The notes under the pieces: model-generated | Seen by the model: the letters and a program-made list of their open reading frames with translations, nothing else | What the model was told of the DNA's origin: nothing | Databases searched by the model: none | Program-made: the position numbers and the translations under genes | Shown: in pieces, positions 17,728 through 28,284 of the stretch | Numbering within the stretch: the first letter of the stretch is position 1 | Layout: every line of letters begins with the position of its first letter | IMG/VR virus record: IMGVR_UViG_3300049573_000247 | Location: 1-64,000 of that record | Origin: a virus | Lineage: Duplodnaviria > Caudoviricetes | Direction: 5' to 3' (one strand) | DNA: 64,000 bases

Positions 17728-18150
17728 TCACTTCGGGGCGGCACGCTCAGGGGTGGGGAGGAACGCCCGGACGCTGGCGACGAACTTCTGCGTCTCGAAC
17801 CCGACCAGCGCGGCGTCGGCCTCGCGGCTGGTCACCACGGCCAGGATGGTGCCCATCCCGGCGGAGGTGATGAACACCAGCGCTTCGTCCAGCTCGACGA
17901 GCACCTGGCGGACAGTTTCAGGCCTGCCCACGACGTTCGTGGCGCTGCGCGCCAGGGAAAACAGGCCCGAGGCGGTGGCGGCGAGCTGGTAGCCCTCCTC
18001 GGGGGCGAACCCCACGAAGCACCGGCTGATGCCGTCCGAGGACAGCAGCATCGCGCCCTGCGAGTGCCGGATGTCCGTGAGCAGCTGCTCCAGTCGCACG
18101 GTCAGGTCGTTGCCGTCGATGAGGGGCACGGGGAAAGAACGGTCGGACAC
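17728..18150 (-). CDS. roadblock/LC7 protein (conservon CvnB-like)
   Basis: AMLLSSDG...LAATASGLFSLA...VRQVLVELDEALVFITSAG. Confidence 0.92.
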   Translation of the reverse strand: MSDRSFPVPLIDGNDLTVRLEQLLTDIRHSQGAMLLSSDGISRCFVGFAPEEGYQLAATASGLFSLARSATNVVGRPETVRQVLVELDEALVFITSAGMGTILAVVTSREADAALVGFETQKFVASVRAFLPTPERAAPK

Positions 18151-18195
18151 GGGGTCTCCTTGACATTGATTGATATGGATGAGGTGGTTGAACAA

Positions 18196-18549
18196 TCAGG
18201 GGGGCGGCGGCAGTTCGGTGCCGTCGACACGGAGGACGGGTGTTTTCTCCCAGTCGATCGGGCCTGGACGCATGCCTCGGGCGTACTTGATCAACTGCCG
18301 TTCGATGACCGCGACCTGCTCCTCGGTGAACCGCTTTCGGAACACGCGCACCGAGGCCGGGACGCCCTCGCGCCAGCGGGCGACGGCTTCCAGCGGCTGC
18401 CCGGGTTCGTTGAGGATGGGGACCATCACGCGCCTCGCCTCGCCGTTGGCTTCGACAGTGCCGCTGAATCCCAGTTGCATCTGGTCGTCGCCCACGCCGA
18501 TGAGCAGGTCGATCGCCTCGACCGTCTGCCATTCGTTCTCAGGCGTCAC
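18196..18549 (-). CDS. hypothetical protein
   Basis: 117-aa ORF. Confidence 0.55.
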   Translation of the reverse strand: MTPENEWQTVEAIDLLIGVGDDQMQLGFSGTVEANGEARRVMVPILNEPGQPLEAVARWREGVPASVRVFRKRFTEEQVAVIERQLIKYARGMRPGPIDWEKTPVLRVDGTELPPPP

Positions 18550-18779
18550 AGCGGCACCCCGACCAATGTCCGATAGCGCCGACCAGCGTGAACAGGCTGA
18601 ACATTCCCAGGAACGCGAAACCGAGGAACCGGACGAACCCTTCGTCGTAGCCGGTCACGATGGTCGGGTCCCATACCCACAGGAATGCCGCGCCGATCGT
18701 CATGGTCGACATCGGGGTGGCGGCATGGGCGCCGCCGATGCTCAGCGAATGCCAGAGTCGCTGTTGCTTCGACATGGGA

Positions 18780-19439
18780 TCACGACCCTTCCGCGTCCGG
18801 GACCGACCCAAGCGCGTCGCGCAGGCGCCGCGCCGCGTCAGCCGGGGAGTGCCCGTCCCACTCAGGAGGGAGCGGGGCCTCGGGAACGGCGAACAGTTCC
18901 CATTCGGCGAGCCGGTAGTGGAAGCTGATCTGCCCGGTCGGCAACTGGGCGACCACAATGAAGTACGCGCCGTCGAAGCACGGCTCGCCGTCGTGGTGAC
19001 GGCGGGACTTGACGACTTCCCAGCCGCGCGCCAGCCACGCGGGTGTCGCGTGCGCGTGCAGCAGCAGCCGGGACTCGTAGAGTTCCTGGTGGGTGTGGAA
19101 CCCGTCCGAGGCGTTTCCAGCGGCGAGCTTGGCGCTCAGAGCGTCCATCTGGGCGACCACGGTGTTGTAACGGTCGATGGTCTGCTTCACGTAAGCGTCG
19201 CGGTCGCGGGCGTGCTGCTCAGCCTCGGCACGGAGCCGGTCCACCTCGGCACGGTAGCCGCGCAGCACCTCAAGCGCATTGGCGCTGAGCTTCTGCGGAG
19301 GGTCGGCAAAGTAGTCGGTGCCGCAGTCCATGCAGATCATGTGCGAGGTCTCGCGTGTCGGTCCAGAGCAAGTCGGACAGGCCTCCTCCGCCACCAGCTC
19401 TTCAACGACCGGCTGCCACGCCTCGGTCTGCTCAGCCAT
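18780..19439 (-). CDS. phage-type WDGH-motif protein with N-terminal Zn ribbon
   Basis: SDGFHTHQELY..KSRRHHDG..LPTGQISFHY..WDGH. Confidence 0.7.
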   Translation of the reverse strand: MAEQTEAWQPVVEELVAEEACPTCSGPTRETSHMICMDCGTDYFADPPQKLSANALEVLRGYRAEVDRLRAEAEQHARDRDAYVKQTIDRYNTVVAQMDALSAKLAAGNASDGFHTHQELYESRLLLHAHATPAWLARGWEVVKSRRHHDGEPCFDGAYFIVVAQLPTGQISFHYRLAEWELFAVPEAPLPPEWDGHSPADAARRLRDALGSVPDAEGS

Positions 19440-19963
19440 GGTTCTCACTCCCGTCCTGGTCGAGACCGAAATCGCGGATGCGGCTGTGAGGGCAAGCCGG
19501 TTCGGTCTCGAACCAGCCGTGCTCCTGGCAGTAGCCATGGTGGTCGAACGTGCACCAGCTGTCCTCGTAGAGGTCGAGCACCAACTCCCGGAGCCGCTCG
19601 ACTTCGGCCAGCGCGCGTCGCAGGTCGGCCACGGTGGCCTCATCGCAGACGTAATCGATCGAGTCGGCGATGTCAGCGCGGCGCTTCATATCAGCCAGTT
19701 CAGCGTTGGTAAGTGACTTGGTAGGCGTCATCGGCCGGTGCCCTTCTCGATGGCAAGGGAAGCGGCGCCCATGCCGCACGTGCAGGGGTCACTGGCCTCG
19801 ACCCGGCACCCCTCGTGGTGCCACCAGTCGGTGGACCCGGGCCGCGCCGTCGACAACGGCCCCAGCACCACCGTGGAACCGTCCAGCGCACACGAGCTGA
19901 TCGCCTCGGCCAGGATCATCGGACCGAATCGTATCTGCAGTGCCCACCAGGGGGGTATCGCTT

Positions 19964-20383
19964 TCATCGTTGTGCTCCGCTCGGGGGAAGTGCGAGGGAG
20001 CCGCCCTCGCTCGGAAAATCGTCCGCGATCGCCCGCGCCGCCGCACTCGCACCGGTGCCGATCCACTCGATCCGTTCCCTGCGGGTGACATCGCCGGACT
20101 CGCTGCGCAGCTGTGCACCGTGGTAGCCCATGTGCGGCCACCGGTCGCACCGATACTCGCCGTAGACAGCATCGCACTTGGGCACCGGCTGCGCCAGCCC
20201 CGACTTCCGGCCGACCGTCCACCGCGACCCATCGGCCGCGATGTGATGGCGCGGGCTGCGCGCCCTGCTCTGCTCGTGCCCCTCCTGGCGTCTGCAGCGC
20301 CTGCCCTCATGCACAGACTCGCACCGGGGCCTGCCATCGGGCAGCGGGGCATCGTTAGGAAAATCGAAGGGAAGGGTGGACAT
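19964..20383 (-). CDS. Cys/His-rich hypothetical protein
   Basis: Two C..C..H..H..W repeats. Confidence 0.5.
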   Translation of the reverse strand: MSTLPFDFPNDAPLPDGRPRCESVHEGRRCRRQEGHEQSRARSPRHHIAADGSRWTVGRKSGLAQPVPKCDAVYGEYRCDRWPHMGYHGAQLRSESGDVTRRERIEWIGTGASAAARAIADDFPSEGGSLALPPSGAQR

Positions 20384-20907
20384 GCGATAACGCTCCGCGC
20401 GGTAATGAAGTCGGTCGGGTGGGCGGCATCAGCCGCACCTTCCGGGTGTACTGCCAGTTCGTCTCCCACATCCGGATCGACCACTGCGTGTTGTAGTCGT
20501 CGGTAGCTGCAGCAGCCGCCTCAGGATCGACGTAGGCCATCAGCGGCTCATCCGCGCCACCGTCGGTAACGGCCAGCAGCACCGTCACCTCCTCCGGCCA
20601 GCCGCCGTTCACGACGCCCCCTGCACTGACTCTTGCGCCAGCCGGTTGCGGCGCTGGCGGTCATAGCAGCAGGCCTCACGGGTCTGGCCGTTCTCGATCT
20701 CGTCGGCGGCCGTCATGATCGCGTCGGTGACGGCGTCGATCAGGGCCCACCGGGACAGGTTGCCATCGGGAAGGTCGTCGAACAGGCGACCATGCAGGGA
20801 TTCGCATTCGAGCCATTCGGCGACGGCGCGCCACTGCGGCGCATCGGCGGGAGGGCCGTAGCCGTTCCACAGGTTGTTGGCCATTACGGTCTCCTTCGAC
20901 GTCGTGA

Positions 20908-21297
20908 TCAGGCGCTTTCGCGTTGTTCGAGGCCGACGCCCTGGCGAAGTTCGATAGCGGCGTCGACGGCGTCGACACCGTCGATCTGCTCGATCAATTC
21001 AGCGAGTGCTTGGGCGATGGCGTTGAGTTTATGCTGCACGGCCGCGTCGGCGCGCGTCTGGGTGTTCTGCAGGAGCGCGACGAGCAGGAACGTGACGATG
21101 GTGGTGGCGGTGTTGATGATCAGCTGCCACGTGTCAAGGGGGAACCACACGATCGAGGGCACCCACATGACGATCAGCAGGATGCACAGGCTGAAGAACC
21201 ACGCCCGGGAGGCGAAGGCCGCGACGGCTGAGGCCAGCCGGTCGAAGAACCCCACACGGGCGTCCACGTCCGAAGGCATCGTCGGCGTCTCGTCCAT
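20908..21297 (-). CDS. low-affinity iron permease (Fet4-like) family protein
   Basis: DTWQLIINTATTIVTFLLVALLQNTQTR..AVQHKLN. Confidence 0.88.
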   Translation of the reverse strand: MDETPTMPSDVDARVGFFDRLASAVAAFASRAWFFSLCILLIVMWVPSIVWFPLDTWQLIINTATTIVTFLLVALLQNTQTRADAAVQHKLNAIAQALAELIEQIDGVDAVDAAIELRQGVGLEQRESA

Positions 21298-21337
21298 CAC
21301 CACCACCTCACTCCAACAGCATGAACCGGGGCAAATG

Positions 21338-22222
21338 CTACCGGGAGTCGTCAGCGGCCTGCTGCTCTTTCGCGGCCCGTCGCGCCTTCTTCGCCTCCGC
21401 ACGTTCGGCACGGACTTGGCGCCGCTCGCGGGCGTACCGCTGCAGTGCTCGCGTCACCACCAACGACATCTCCGCGCGGTTGTGTTTGGAATTCAGCTCC
21501 TTGGCGTCCTGGTCGCTGAGCAGCACCGCCACCTCCACGTAGTGCCATGTGCGTCCCGGCTCCCGTTCCTTCTCGGGAGCGATCGGCGGCGGCGCATCGC
21601 ACTGCTCCCGCAAGAACGCGTTCATCGCTCGCCCGATTCGCATCCGCGCCGTGCCTTCGGCGCTGGTCGCGCCCTCGGCGAGGATCTGCAGGTCGACTTC
21701 TGGGAAGCGGTTGACGGTGAAATACAGCCGGTACCAGATCCGCTTGCCCTTCGACCCGGCGACGACGCCGGTCTCGGCCACGATGCGCGTGATCTCCTGC
21801 AGCGGCGCCCCCGGGTAGTCGAAGATGACCGTGCGGGCCGTAGCCCCACCGGGTTCGGACGGCTCCAGCGTCTCCCACTCGTACGGGGGTGCCTTCCGGT
21901 AGGCTCCCGGCAGCTTGTACAGCTGCTGGGCCGACAGCAGCCGCCGCTCTTCCTCGGCTGACTGGCGCATCTGGATTGCGCTGACCGGCGGCACCGGCTC
22001 GGGAGGATTCGCACCCCGCAGCTTGCACCGGCCCAGCAGGGCGATGAAGTCGCCGGGCATGAGATGGCCGGGACCCTGCTGGCCCGTGGCCTTCTGGATC
22101 TCGTGAGCGACGAGCCGCAGGTCGTACGCCTTGGGGTCCGACTGCCATTCGACGATCATGTCGGACAGGGTCTGGAAATACGAATGGCGCGCCAGCGCGG
22201 CCTTCATCTCGGGGTCCGTCAT
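21338..22222 (-). CDS. hypothetical protein
   Basis: 294-aa ORF, strong GC3 bias. Confidence 0.65.
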   Translation of the reverse strand: MTDPEMKAALARHSYFQTLSDMIVEWQSDPKAYDLRLVAHEIQKATGQQGPGHLMPGDFIALLGRCKLRGANPPEPVPPVSAIQMRQSAEEERRLLSAQQLYKLPGAYRKAPPYEWETLEPSEPGGATARTVIFDYPGAPLQEITRIVAETGVVAGSKGKRIWYRLYFTVNRFPEVDLQILAEGATSAEGTARMRIGRAMNAFLREQCDAPPPIAPEKEREPGRTWHYVEVAVLLSDQDAKELNSKHNRAEMSLVVTRALQRYARERRQVRAERAEAKKARRAAKEQQAADDSR

Positions 22223-22284
22223 CGTTCAGTACCGGCCTTTCGCAATGTTGTGGGGGAGGAGTGGGGGAATGCGCGGTTGACACA

Positions 22285-22680
22285 TCATTCGTTCATTGTT
22301 CCCTGTGATCGGGGGGCGGGGGACACGGTGTAGACCGCGAGGTAGTCGAACACGGTGGAGCGTCCGATCATCGCCCCGGCCGCCCAGCCGTTGGCGGCGG
22401 CCTTGCGTTCGATCTCTTCGTGGTGCCACGATTCCAGCGGCACATTGTGGCATGACTCGTCGATCCGGGCGCAGTACCCGCAGTACACGGTCATCTCGTC
22501 GCCCGCCAGCATCAGTCGCCAGCCGTCGCCGCGCATGTCGATGCCGACCTCGTCGGATTGGCCACGGATGCAGTCCATGACCAGGGACATCGGTCGGCCC
22601 AGCAGCCCACAGAACCAGCATGGGCTGGTCAGTTCGGCGATGAGCGCCAGCGTGTTGAAGTCGCCGTCGTCGTTGTTCAT
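22285..22680 (-). CDS. zinc-finger hypothetical protein
   Basis: CWFC...CGYC. Confidence 0.55.
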   Translation of the reverse strand: MNNDDGDFNTLALIAELTSPCWFCGLLGRPMSLVMDCIRGQSDEVGIDMRGDGWRLMLAGDEMTVYCGYCARIDESCHNVPLESWHHEEIERKAAANGWAAGAMIGRSTVFDYLAVYTVSPAPRSQGTMNE

Positions 22681-22713
22681 GTGGGAAGCGTAGAAAGGCA
22701 GCGAACCAGTCCG

Positions 22714-23130
22714 TCAGGATGCGGAGCGCAGCAGGTGGGAAACGTCGTCGGCCAATCCGAGATCGGCGGTGGCGGCGGTGACGTGGGACCACAGCAGGTC
22801 GCTGTCCATCGGCCAGCTGTCACCGCTGCCGATGCGGTGCTGCTCCCAGCGGCGCCCGTCAGCGGTGCGCCACAGCGACCGGCGCACCTGCTGCTCCTCG
22901 GTCTCGCCGTCGATGCAACGACAGACCGAGACCGTGCGCGTGAACGTGGCCTCCCACGGTCCATCATCGCCGTGGGGCTTGACCATCCGGTAGTGGAAAC
23001 CGTCACCGGGGAGCGTGTCCTCCGGCGGCGATGCGGCGACCAGACCCCAGGAAAGGAGGCCGTAGCGGCCGAACTCGACGATGTGACCGACCACGGGCGC
23101 CACGTGCGGACCTTCCAGCCGCGTGGTCAC
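22714..23130 (-). CDS. hypothetical protein
   Basis: GTGA-coupled ORF. Confidence 0.55.
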   Translation of the reverse strand: MTTRLEGPHVAPVVGHIVEFGRYGLLSWGLVAASPPEDTLPGDGFHYRMVKPHGDDGPWEATFTRTVSVCRCIDGETEEQQVRRSLWRTADGRRWEQHRIGSGDSWPMDSDLLWSHVTAATADLGLADDVSHLLRSAS

Positions 23131-23600
23131 GACGTGGCCTTCGCGAAACCGGCAGGCCACTCCCGGCAGCCGCACGGAGAATCGTCACCGCGTCGACGCC
23201 ATTCGGCGTAAGCGGCGTCGGCCTGCTCCTCGCTCCACGCCTCGGTGATCGACAGGATCGCGATCGCGACATGCAGCACCTCGGGTGTTTCCGCGTACCA
23301 GTAGGCAAAGTTGCGGCCCTCTGATCCCGGCCGCCAGCCCCCGCCCTCCGCAAGGGAGCGCGGACCCTCCGACTCGGTGGGCACCTGTCCGGAGCCGATG
23401 ATCACGAGCGCTTCGGCCATGGCCGCTTTCGTTGCAGCAGCAGCCTCACCGACCAGCAGCTCGGTGTTGTGGTCTTCCAACTCCACGTGGAGGGGGCCTC
23501 CCATGTCCTGCCCCAGCTCACCGTAGAGGCGTGAAGCGAGGTCACAGAAGGCATCCAGGCCTGCAGGTTCGGCTACGAACACATGGTCAGTGCGGGTCAT
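23127..23600 (-). CDS. hypothetical protein
   Basis: 157-aa ORF. Confidence 0.55.
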   Translation of the reverse strand: MTRTDHVFVAEPAGLDAFCDLASRLYGELGQDMGGPLHVELEDHNTELLVGEAAAATKAAMAEALVIIGSGQVPTESEGPRSLAEGGGWRPGSEGRNFAYWYAETPEVLHVAIAILSITEAWSEEQADAAYAEWRRRGDDSPCGCREWPAGFAKATS

Positions 23601-23617
23601 TGGGGTACCTTACGCTC

Positions 23618-23947
23618 TCACTCGTCGCTTTCAGCTGCGCGACGTTCCCACAACTGCCGATACGAGGGCTCCTGCTGCCAGCGGCGCGCGTGCTCAGCCA
23701 TTCGCGGGCCTCTGACCAGCGCAATGAACAAGTTCACGAACACCATGGCGGCGGCCACGACGATGTTGAACAAGGCTGCCACGATAGGCGACACCGGCAG
23801 CATGGACACGAGGCCAATAAGCGCGCAGGCCATGAACCCATGGAAAACCATCACGAGGACGATTCCGGCGCGAGTGTTTGCGGGAGATTGCGCGGGCACC
23901 GGCAGGAGATGGGGGCCGACTTTGCGGTACTTGGTTTGCTGATTCAC
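23618..23947 (-). CDS. membrane protein
   Basis: Two TM helices. Confidence 0.6.
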   Translation of the reverse strand: MNQQTKYRKVGPHLLPVPAQSPANTRAGIVLVMVFHGFMACALIGLVSMLPVSPIVAALFNIVVAAAMVFVNLFIALVRGPRMAEHARRWQQEPSYRQLWERRAAESDE

Positions 23948-24143
23948 GGAGAACAGTCCTTTCGGGGGGATTGAGGGTAGTGTCCCGGTCTGTCATTCGT
24001 AGAGGGAGACCTCATCCAAATCACGCTCAGGCTCGGGATTCAGCGCTTGTTCCAGCCGCGCCACGCGTGTCCGCAGATCCACGATCGCGGCCTTCATGAA
24101 CATCGCACCGACGTACAGGCCTACCACCAGACCAAACAGCACA

Positions 24144-24959
24144 CTAGTCGACATCCGAAACCTCCTCCGTCGCCTGCCAGTGCCGCTGGTGCGCACTCAC
24201 CGACCACACCGAGAGCCGCTCCCAGTCCGGCGCCGAAGGCAGCGGTGTCCGCCCCGTCTCCGCCATCTCCATCATCCGAGCCCGCAGCGACCGAATCTCT
24301 CGCAGCACCTGCTCCAAATCCGGCACACCGCCCGATTTGACCTGCAGCACGCGCTGGCGTTCGGGCTCCGGCATCGGCAACGTGAGGCGCCCGTGTTCGG
24401 CGATCTCCAGCCCCTGATATCCCAGGCGAAGCGCATGCGACGCGAACTTCGTGTCGTACCCGTACTTCTCCACCAGCTCCGGGCGCTTCGGCATCGAGCC
24501 CCGGGGGCCCTTCCCCAACAGTTTCTGCACCTGGCTGTCGAGGTAGTGCGCCGACCGGTCCACGACCTTCAACGACAAGAACGCGGGCGCCAACGCCCGC
24601 AGCTCCTCGCCCAGCTCGCTTGTGGCATACACCGACTGCTCCGGCGCGAACAGCATCGCCAGCACCGTCGGGTTCCCCTCCGTCGCTAGCCGCAGGTACT
24701 TCCGCAGCGCATACAGCACCAGATCCGTGTCGCCCGGCCGCGAACGACGCCCCTCAGGCTGCGTCCGGTACGTGTAGGTGTCCATCGGTTTCGCCAATCC
24801 GACGACGCAGCGAGCGGGCTCGATGAACACTCCCATCTCGTCATGGTCGTCGGTGCCCTTGACCGCAATGCCATGCAGCCCCGACCCCACTTCGGTGAGC
24901 AGGATCTGGCCTGCTCGCGCGATGGTCGCATCCCCGTGCTCGGTGTGGTCCTTGGCCAT
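24144..24959 (-). CDS. Pol-beta-superfamily nucleotidyltransferase (Nuc-transf/RlaP-like)
   Basis: VGSGLHG...DDHDEMGV, GNPTVLAML, GYDTKFASHALRL. Confidence 0.88.
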   Translation of the reverse strand: MAKDHTEHGDATIARAGQILLTEVGSGLHGIAVKGTDDHDEMGVFIEPARCVVGLAKPMDTYTYRTQPEGRRSRPGDTDLVLYALRKYLRLATEGNPTVLAMLFAPEQSVYATSELGEELRALAPAFLSLKVVDRSAHYLDSQVQKLLGKGPRGSMPKRPELVEKYGYDTKFASHALRLGYQGLEIAEHGRLTLPMPEPERQRVLQVKSGGVPDLEQVLREIRSLRARMMEMAETGRTPLPSAPDWERLSVWSVSAHQRHWQATEEVSDVD

Positions 24960-25075
24960 AGTCGTCCTTCCGGTTCCGTTTCAGGCGTCAGCGCCCCACC
25001 GTAGTGCAAGGCCCCGCTCAGCGGAGGCCCTGCACACGAGGTGTCGATCTCTGGTTACCGCCGCACGTCTGCTTT

Positions 25076-25654
25076 CTACGGTCGGAACGAATTTCCCAGC
25101 GACTCACGGTCGGGCGCCGGGATGTACAGACTGGGGTGGCCGAAGATCTGCAGCTTTCCCTGCAGCACCGAAAGGTCGAGATCCCACTGGTAGTGGCCGC
25201 GCCACTTGAATCGCTCCTCGGCGCCCCGGATCGCGGTGTCGATCTCGGCGTCAGTCCACCGATTGACCCTCTTCAGCTGTGCTCGCACCTGCCACATCTG
25301 GTTCTTCAGCTGCGCGAGACCGATGTGCTGCACCTGATGGCACTCCACGCACAACGCGATCAGCCGCAGCAGCCGCTGCACGTACCGGTCGCCCAGCACA
25401 TCGAAATGCCACAGCTCGTGACAGTCCGGCGTGCGCCGGGCTTGCGTCTGGCCGTTGCGGCTGGGTTGCTTGCAGACCTCGCAGCGCATATTGGCCGCCT
25501 GCGCCACCGGCATGCGCAGCTGGTCCCATTCGTTCCGCGACAGGATGCCGCGCAGGTTCGACCCCCACACGTTGCTCGGCAGCAGGTCCGGGTAGAGCAC
25601 ACCGGGTCCGATGGGGAGGACGCCAACGTCGGGCCTCAGGGGTTCCACGGTCAC
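25076..25654 (-). CDS. HNH-family endonuclease
   Basis: RCEVC...CHELW...LIALCVECHQVQH. Confidence 0.8.
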   Translation of the reverse strand: MTVEPLRPDVGVLPIGPGVLYPDLLPSNVWGSNLRGILSRNEWDQLRMPVAQAANMRCEVCKQPSRNGQTQARRTPDCHELWHFDVLGDRYVQRLLRLIALCVECHQVQHIGLAQLKNQMWQVRAQLKRVNRWTDAEIDTAIRGAEERFKWRGHYQWDLDLSVLQGKLQIFGHPSLYIPAPDRESLGNSFRP

Positions 25655-26403
25655 TCGCTTCCTTGGAGCCGCTCGATGCGGCCATCGGGGTAGAGACGCA
25701 CCAGCGGCGCATCGAAGGGATAGTCGACCGGATCAACCCGGCCTCCAGGCGGCGGATAGCAACCGCTCAACATCACGTACAGCAGCCGCGCCTCCTCCGA
25801 CTTCGAGGAGGCCACGAGCCAGTCGACGACCTCTTCCATCTCCTCCGCGCGCACAGCTGCGTCGCGCTTCTCCATGGCTTCTTCGACCTGACGCAGCAAC
25901 GAACGCGTCTGCGCGGGCCGATGCCCGCGCTGGGGAAGCTTCACTCCTCGTCCTCCTCATACACGACACGGCGGAACCCTCCACCGATGTCTTCGAACTT
26001 CGGCGGTTTCAGCGGCCCCACCACAACGTAGGAGAACGTCTCCCCCCGCTGGCGATGGTGGAGGCCATGCACGGATACCCATTCTTGGTGGGCGAGCGGA
26101 TCAGAGACGCGCTGCACCACGTTGCAGTCGTTGCAGCTGAGGAAGCCCGGGTAGTCCATGGCCGCTTCGTGTTGCGGTTCATCGCTGTCAGAGTGCCCGG
26201 TCATAGGGCTCTTCCTTCACGTAGGGCACAGTTCGGCGCCGCAGCGCCGCGAGGGTCATGCCGATGACGATGCCGACGACGAGCGCCGCCGCCAGCAACA
26301 ACAGGTTCAACATCTCATACATGAGATTTATTCTCCCTGGGGGATGTGGGGGAGACGGCAGCGGGGAGGTGCACCCGCGCGGGCGCACCTCCCCGGACCG
26401 GCG

Positions 26404-26724
26404 TCAGTTGGCCGGGGCCTGCCCACCGTCGTGGGCGGCGATCACGCGATCGCGGAAGTTGAGCGCCACGCGGAACACCGGGACGGTCCGCGCGGGAACG
26501 GTCGTGGCCTCCCCGCTCTGGGGGTTCCGCGCCGCGCGGGGCGCCCGCTTCACGGGCTGGAAGACCCCGAAGTCCGTGAAGGCGACCTTCTCGCCGCCCA
26601 TCACCGCCGACTGGATCTCCTCGATGAGCGCGTTCACGACCTTGTGGACCTCCCGCTGCCCCATCCCGGTGCGCGCAGCGACGCGCCCGGCCAACTCCTT
26701 CTTATTCAAGCGAGGATTCGTCAT
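26404..26724 (-). CDS. hup: HU-family DNA-binding protein
   Basis: LNKKELA..GEKVAFTDFGVF..RAARNPQSGE..VPVF. Confidence 0.93.
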   Translation of the reverse strand: MTNPRLNKKELAGRVAARTGMGQREVHKVVNALIEEIQSAVMGGEKVAFTDFGVFQPVKRAPRAARNPQSGEATTVPARTVPVFRVALNFRDRVIAAHDGGQAPAN

Positions 26725-26843
26725 GATGTCATATCCCTTTTCTTCGTTCTTGCGATGATGGCCGTTGGGCCAGAACCAGACCGGCCCGCACTCATAGAGT
26801 GGCGGACCGGCCGGGCAAAACGCTGCACATTGCAGCGGAATTT

Positions 26844-27242
26844 CTACTCGATCGACTGCGCGGTACGCACCGCCAGCGCCTCGATCTCGAACTTGAGGTG
26901 GGGATGGGTGAGGGCGGCGCAGACCGTAGCCCGAGCGGGCACTGTCTCGCCGGTGACGTACTCCTCGTAGACGAGGTTGAAGACGGTGATGGCATCCGGG
27001 TCGGTCAGGTAGGCACGGATCTGGACGACCTCCTCCAAGGAGGACCCAGAGGCGGCGAGAACCGTCACGAGGTTGTCCATGGCCTGCCGAATCTGCCCTT
27101 CAACACCCCGGATGATCTGCCCCGTTATCGGGCTGATACCGACCTGACCGGCGACAGCGATGATACCGCCGCGTTCGGCTGCTTGGGCGTACCGACCGGC
27201 AGGTTCGGGGGCGTCCGGCGTGAGGTAGTTGATGGTGTGCAT
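26844..27242 (-). CDS. RidA/YjgF family protein
   Basis: APEPAGRYAQA..AGQ..FNLVY..PARATV..FEIEA. Confidence 0.9.
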   Translation of the reverse strand: MHTINYLTPDAPEPAGRYAQAAERGGIIAVAGQVGISPITGQIIRGVEGQIRQAMDNLVTVLAASGSSLEEVVQIRAYLTDPDAITVFNLVYEEYVTGETVPARATVCAALTHPHLKFEIEALAVRTAQSIE

Positions 27243-27275
27243 GCGACTCCTTCTAGCGGCTGAAGTGGTATCGGT

Positions 27276-27806
27276 TCATTGGTTCCCTCCCGGGCACGTG
27301 AGCATCTTGTGCCCCAGCGGATGCCGGTCAGTTCCCTGGTGCCGCTGCAACCGTCCATCCTTGTTGACCGAGAACATCCTGCCGCAGTGCCCGCACTCCC
27401 TTCGGGGCTTACTCGTCGATGTTGAACCGACCGTAAAATCCGGGCAGAACGGGTCTTTGCACGTTTCCGTGAGATACGACCCGTGCTGGCACCTCGGCCG
27501 GTTGTACTCCGGGTTCTCCTCCCGGCGGGGTGCCTTCCGCACGGCGGAACCGGGCCGCTTATGCCAGCCCAGCGGCTCGTCCTGGGTGTCCGGGTCGAAG
27601 GCCGCCAGGGCGTCCAGCACGGCGGGTTCGTCGCGCGGGTAGCACCAGGCGTAGTCGGGGCCGTTGCGCTCCCCGTGCGGCACCGCGATGAGCCGCAGAT
27701 TGAAGCCGTACGACAGCAGCAGCCAGCGGTAGGTGGCGTCTTCGGACAGCAACTGCCCAACCCACTCGGTATCCCATACCGGCTCGGGCAGGAGAAACGG
27801 TTTCAT
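27276..27806 (-). CDS. hypothetical protein with C-terminal Zn-binding motifs
   Basis: AWCY..EPLGWHK; CGHC..H..C. Confidence 0.6.
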   Translation of the reverse strand: MKPFLLPEPVWDTEWVGQLLSEDATYRWLLLSYGFNLRLIAVPHGERNGPDYAWCYPRDEPAVLDALAAFDPDTQDEPLGWHKRPGSAVRKAPRREENPEYNRPRCQHGSYLTETCKDPFCPDFTVGSTSTSKPRRECGHCGRMFSVNKDGRLQRHQGTDRHPLGHKMLTCPGGNQ

Positions 27807-28228
27807 CCGCGTGGGTGACGGCCACGAACCGGCACCATGGAGAGCCTACCGAGCGGTTCGAGCTTGGCGAGGTAGTACAGCAGGCGCTGGCGGGCGGCTT
27901 CCCGGTTGGCGAAGTCGTGCTTGCCTTCGTCGAGACCGTGCCAGACCTCGACGGCGTAGCGCTCCTCGCTGGTCTCGGGATCGGTGTACTTAGTCATGCA
28001 GACCTCGCGCAGTCCCCGGTCGGCCTGGTTGGAGTGACAGCGCAGCTGCATGCCTGCGCAGATCGCCTGCGAGACCGCTTCGTAGCGCTGCTCACGAATC
28101 TCGTCCTGAGCCAGGTAGAGCTCGGGGTCGTCCTGGGTGACGTCGGCGGTGTCGAAGAACTCGGCGGGGTCGTTCTCGGAGTCCAGGCGCGCGGCCAGCA
28201 GCACGCGGTGGGCGGGAAGGCGGGGCAT
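27803..28228 (-). CDS. hypothetical protein
   Basis: 141-aa ORF. Confidence 0.55.
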   Translation of the reverse strand: MPRLPAHRVLLAARLDSENDPAEFFDTADVTQDDPELYLAQDEIREQRYEAVSQAICAGMQLRCHSNQADRGLREVCMTKYTDPETSEERYAVEVWHGLDEGKHDFANREAARQRLLYYLAKLEPLGRLSMVPVRGRHPRG

Positions 28229-28284
28229 CGCGATCGGTTCCTAACTATTTGTAGACATTTCCTGACATAGATTTCATAGGTAGC

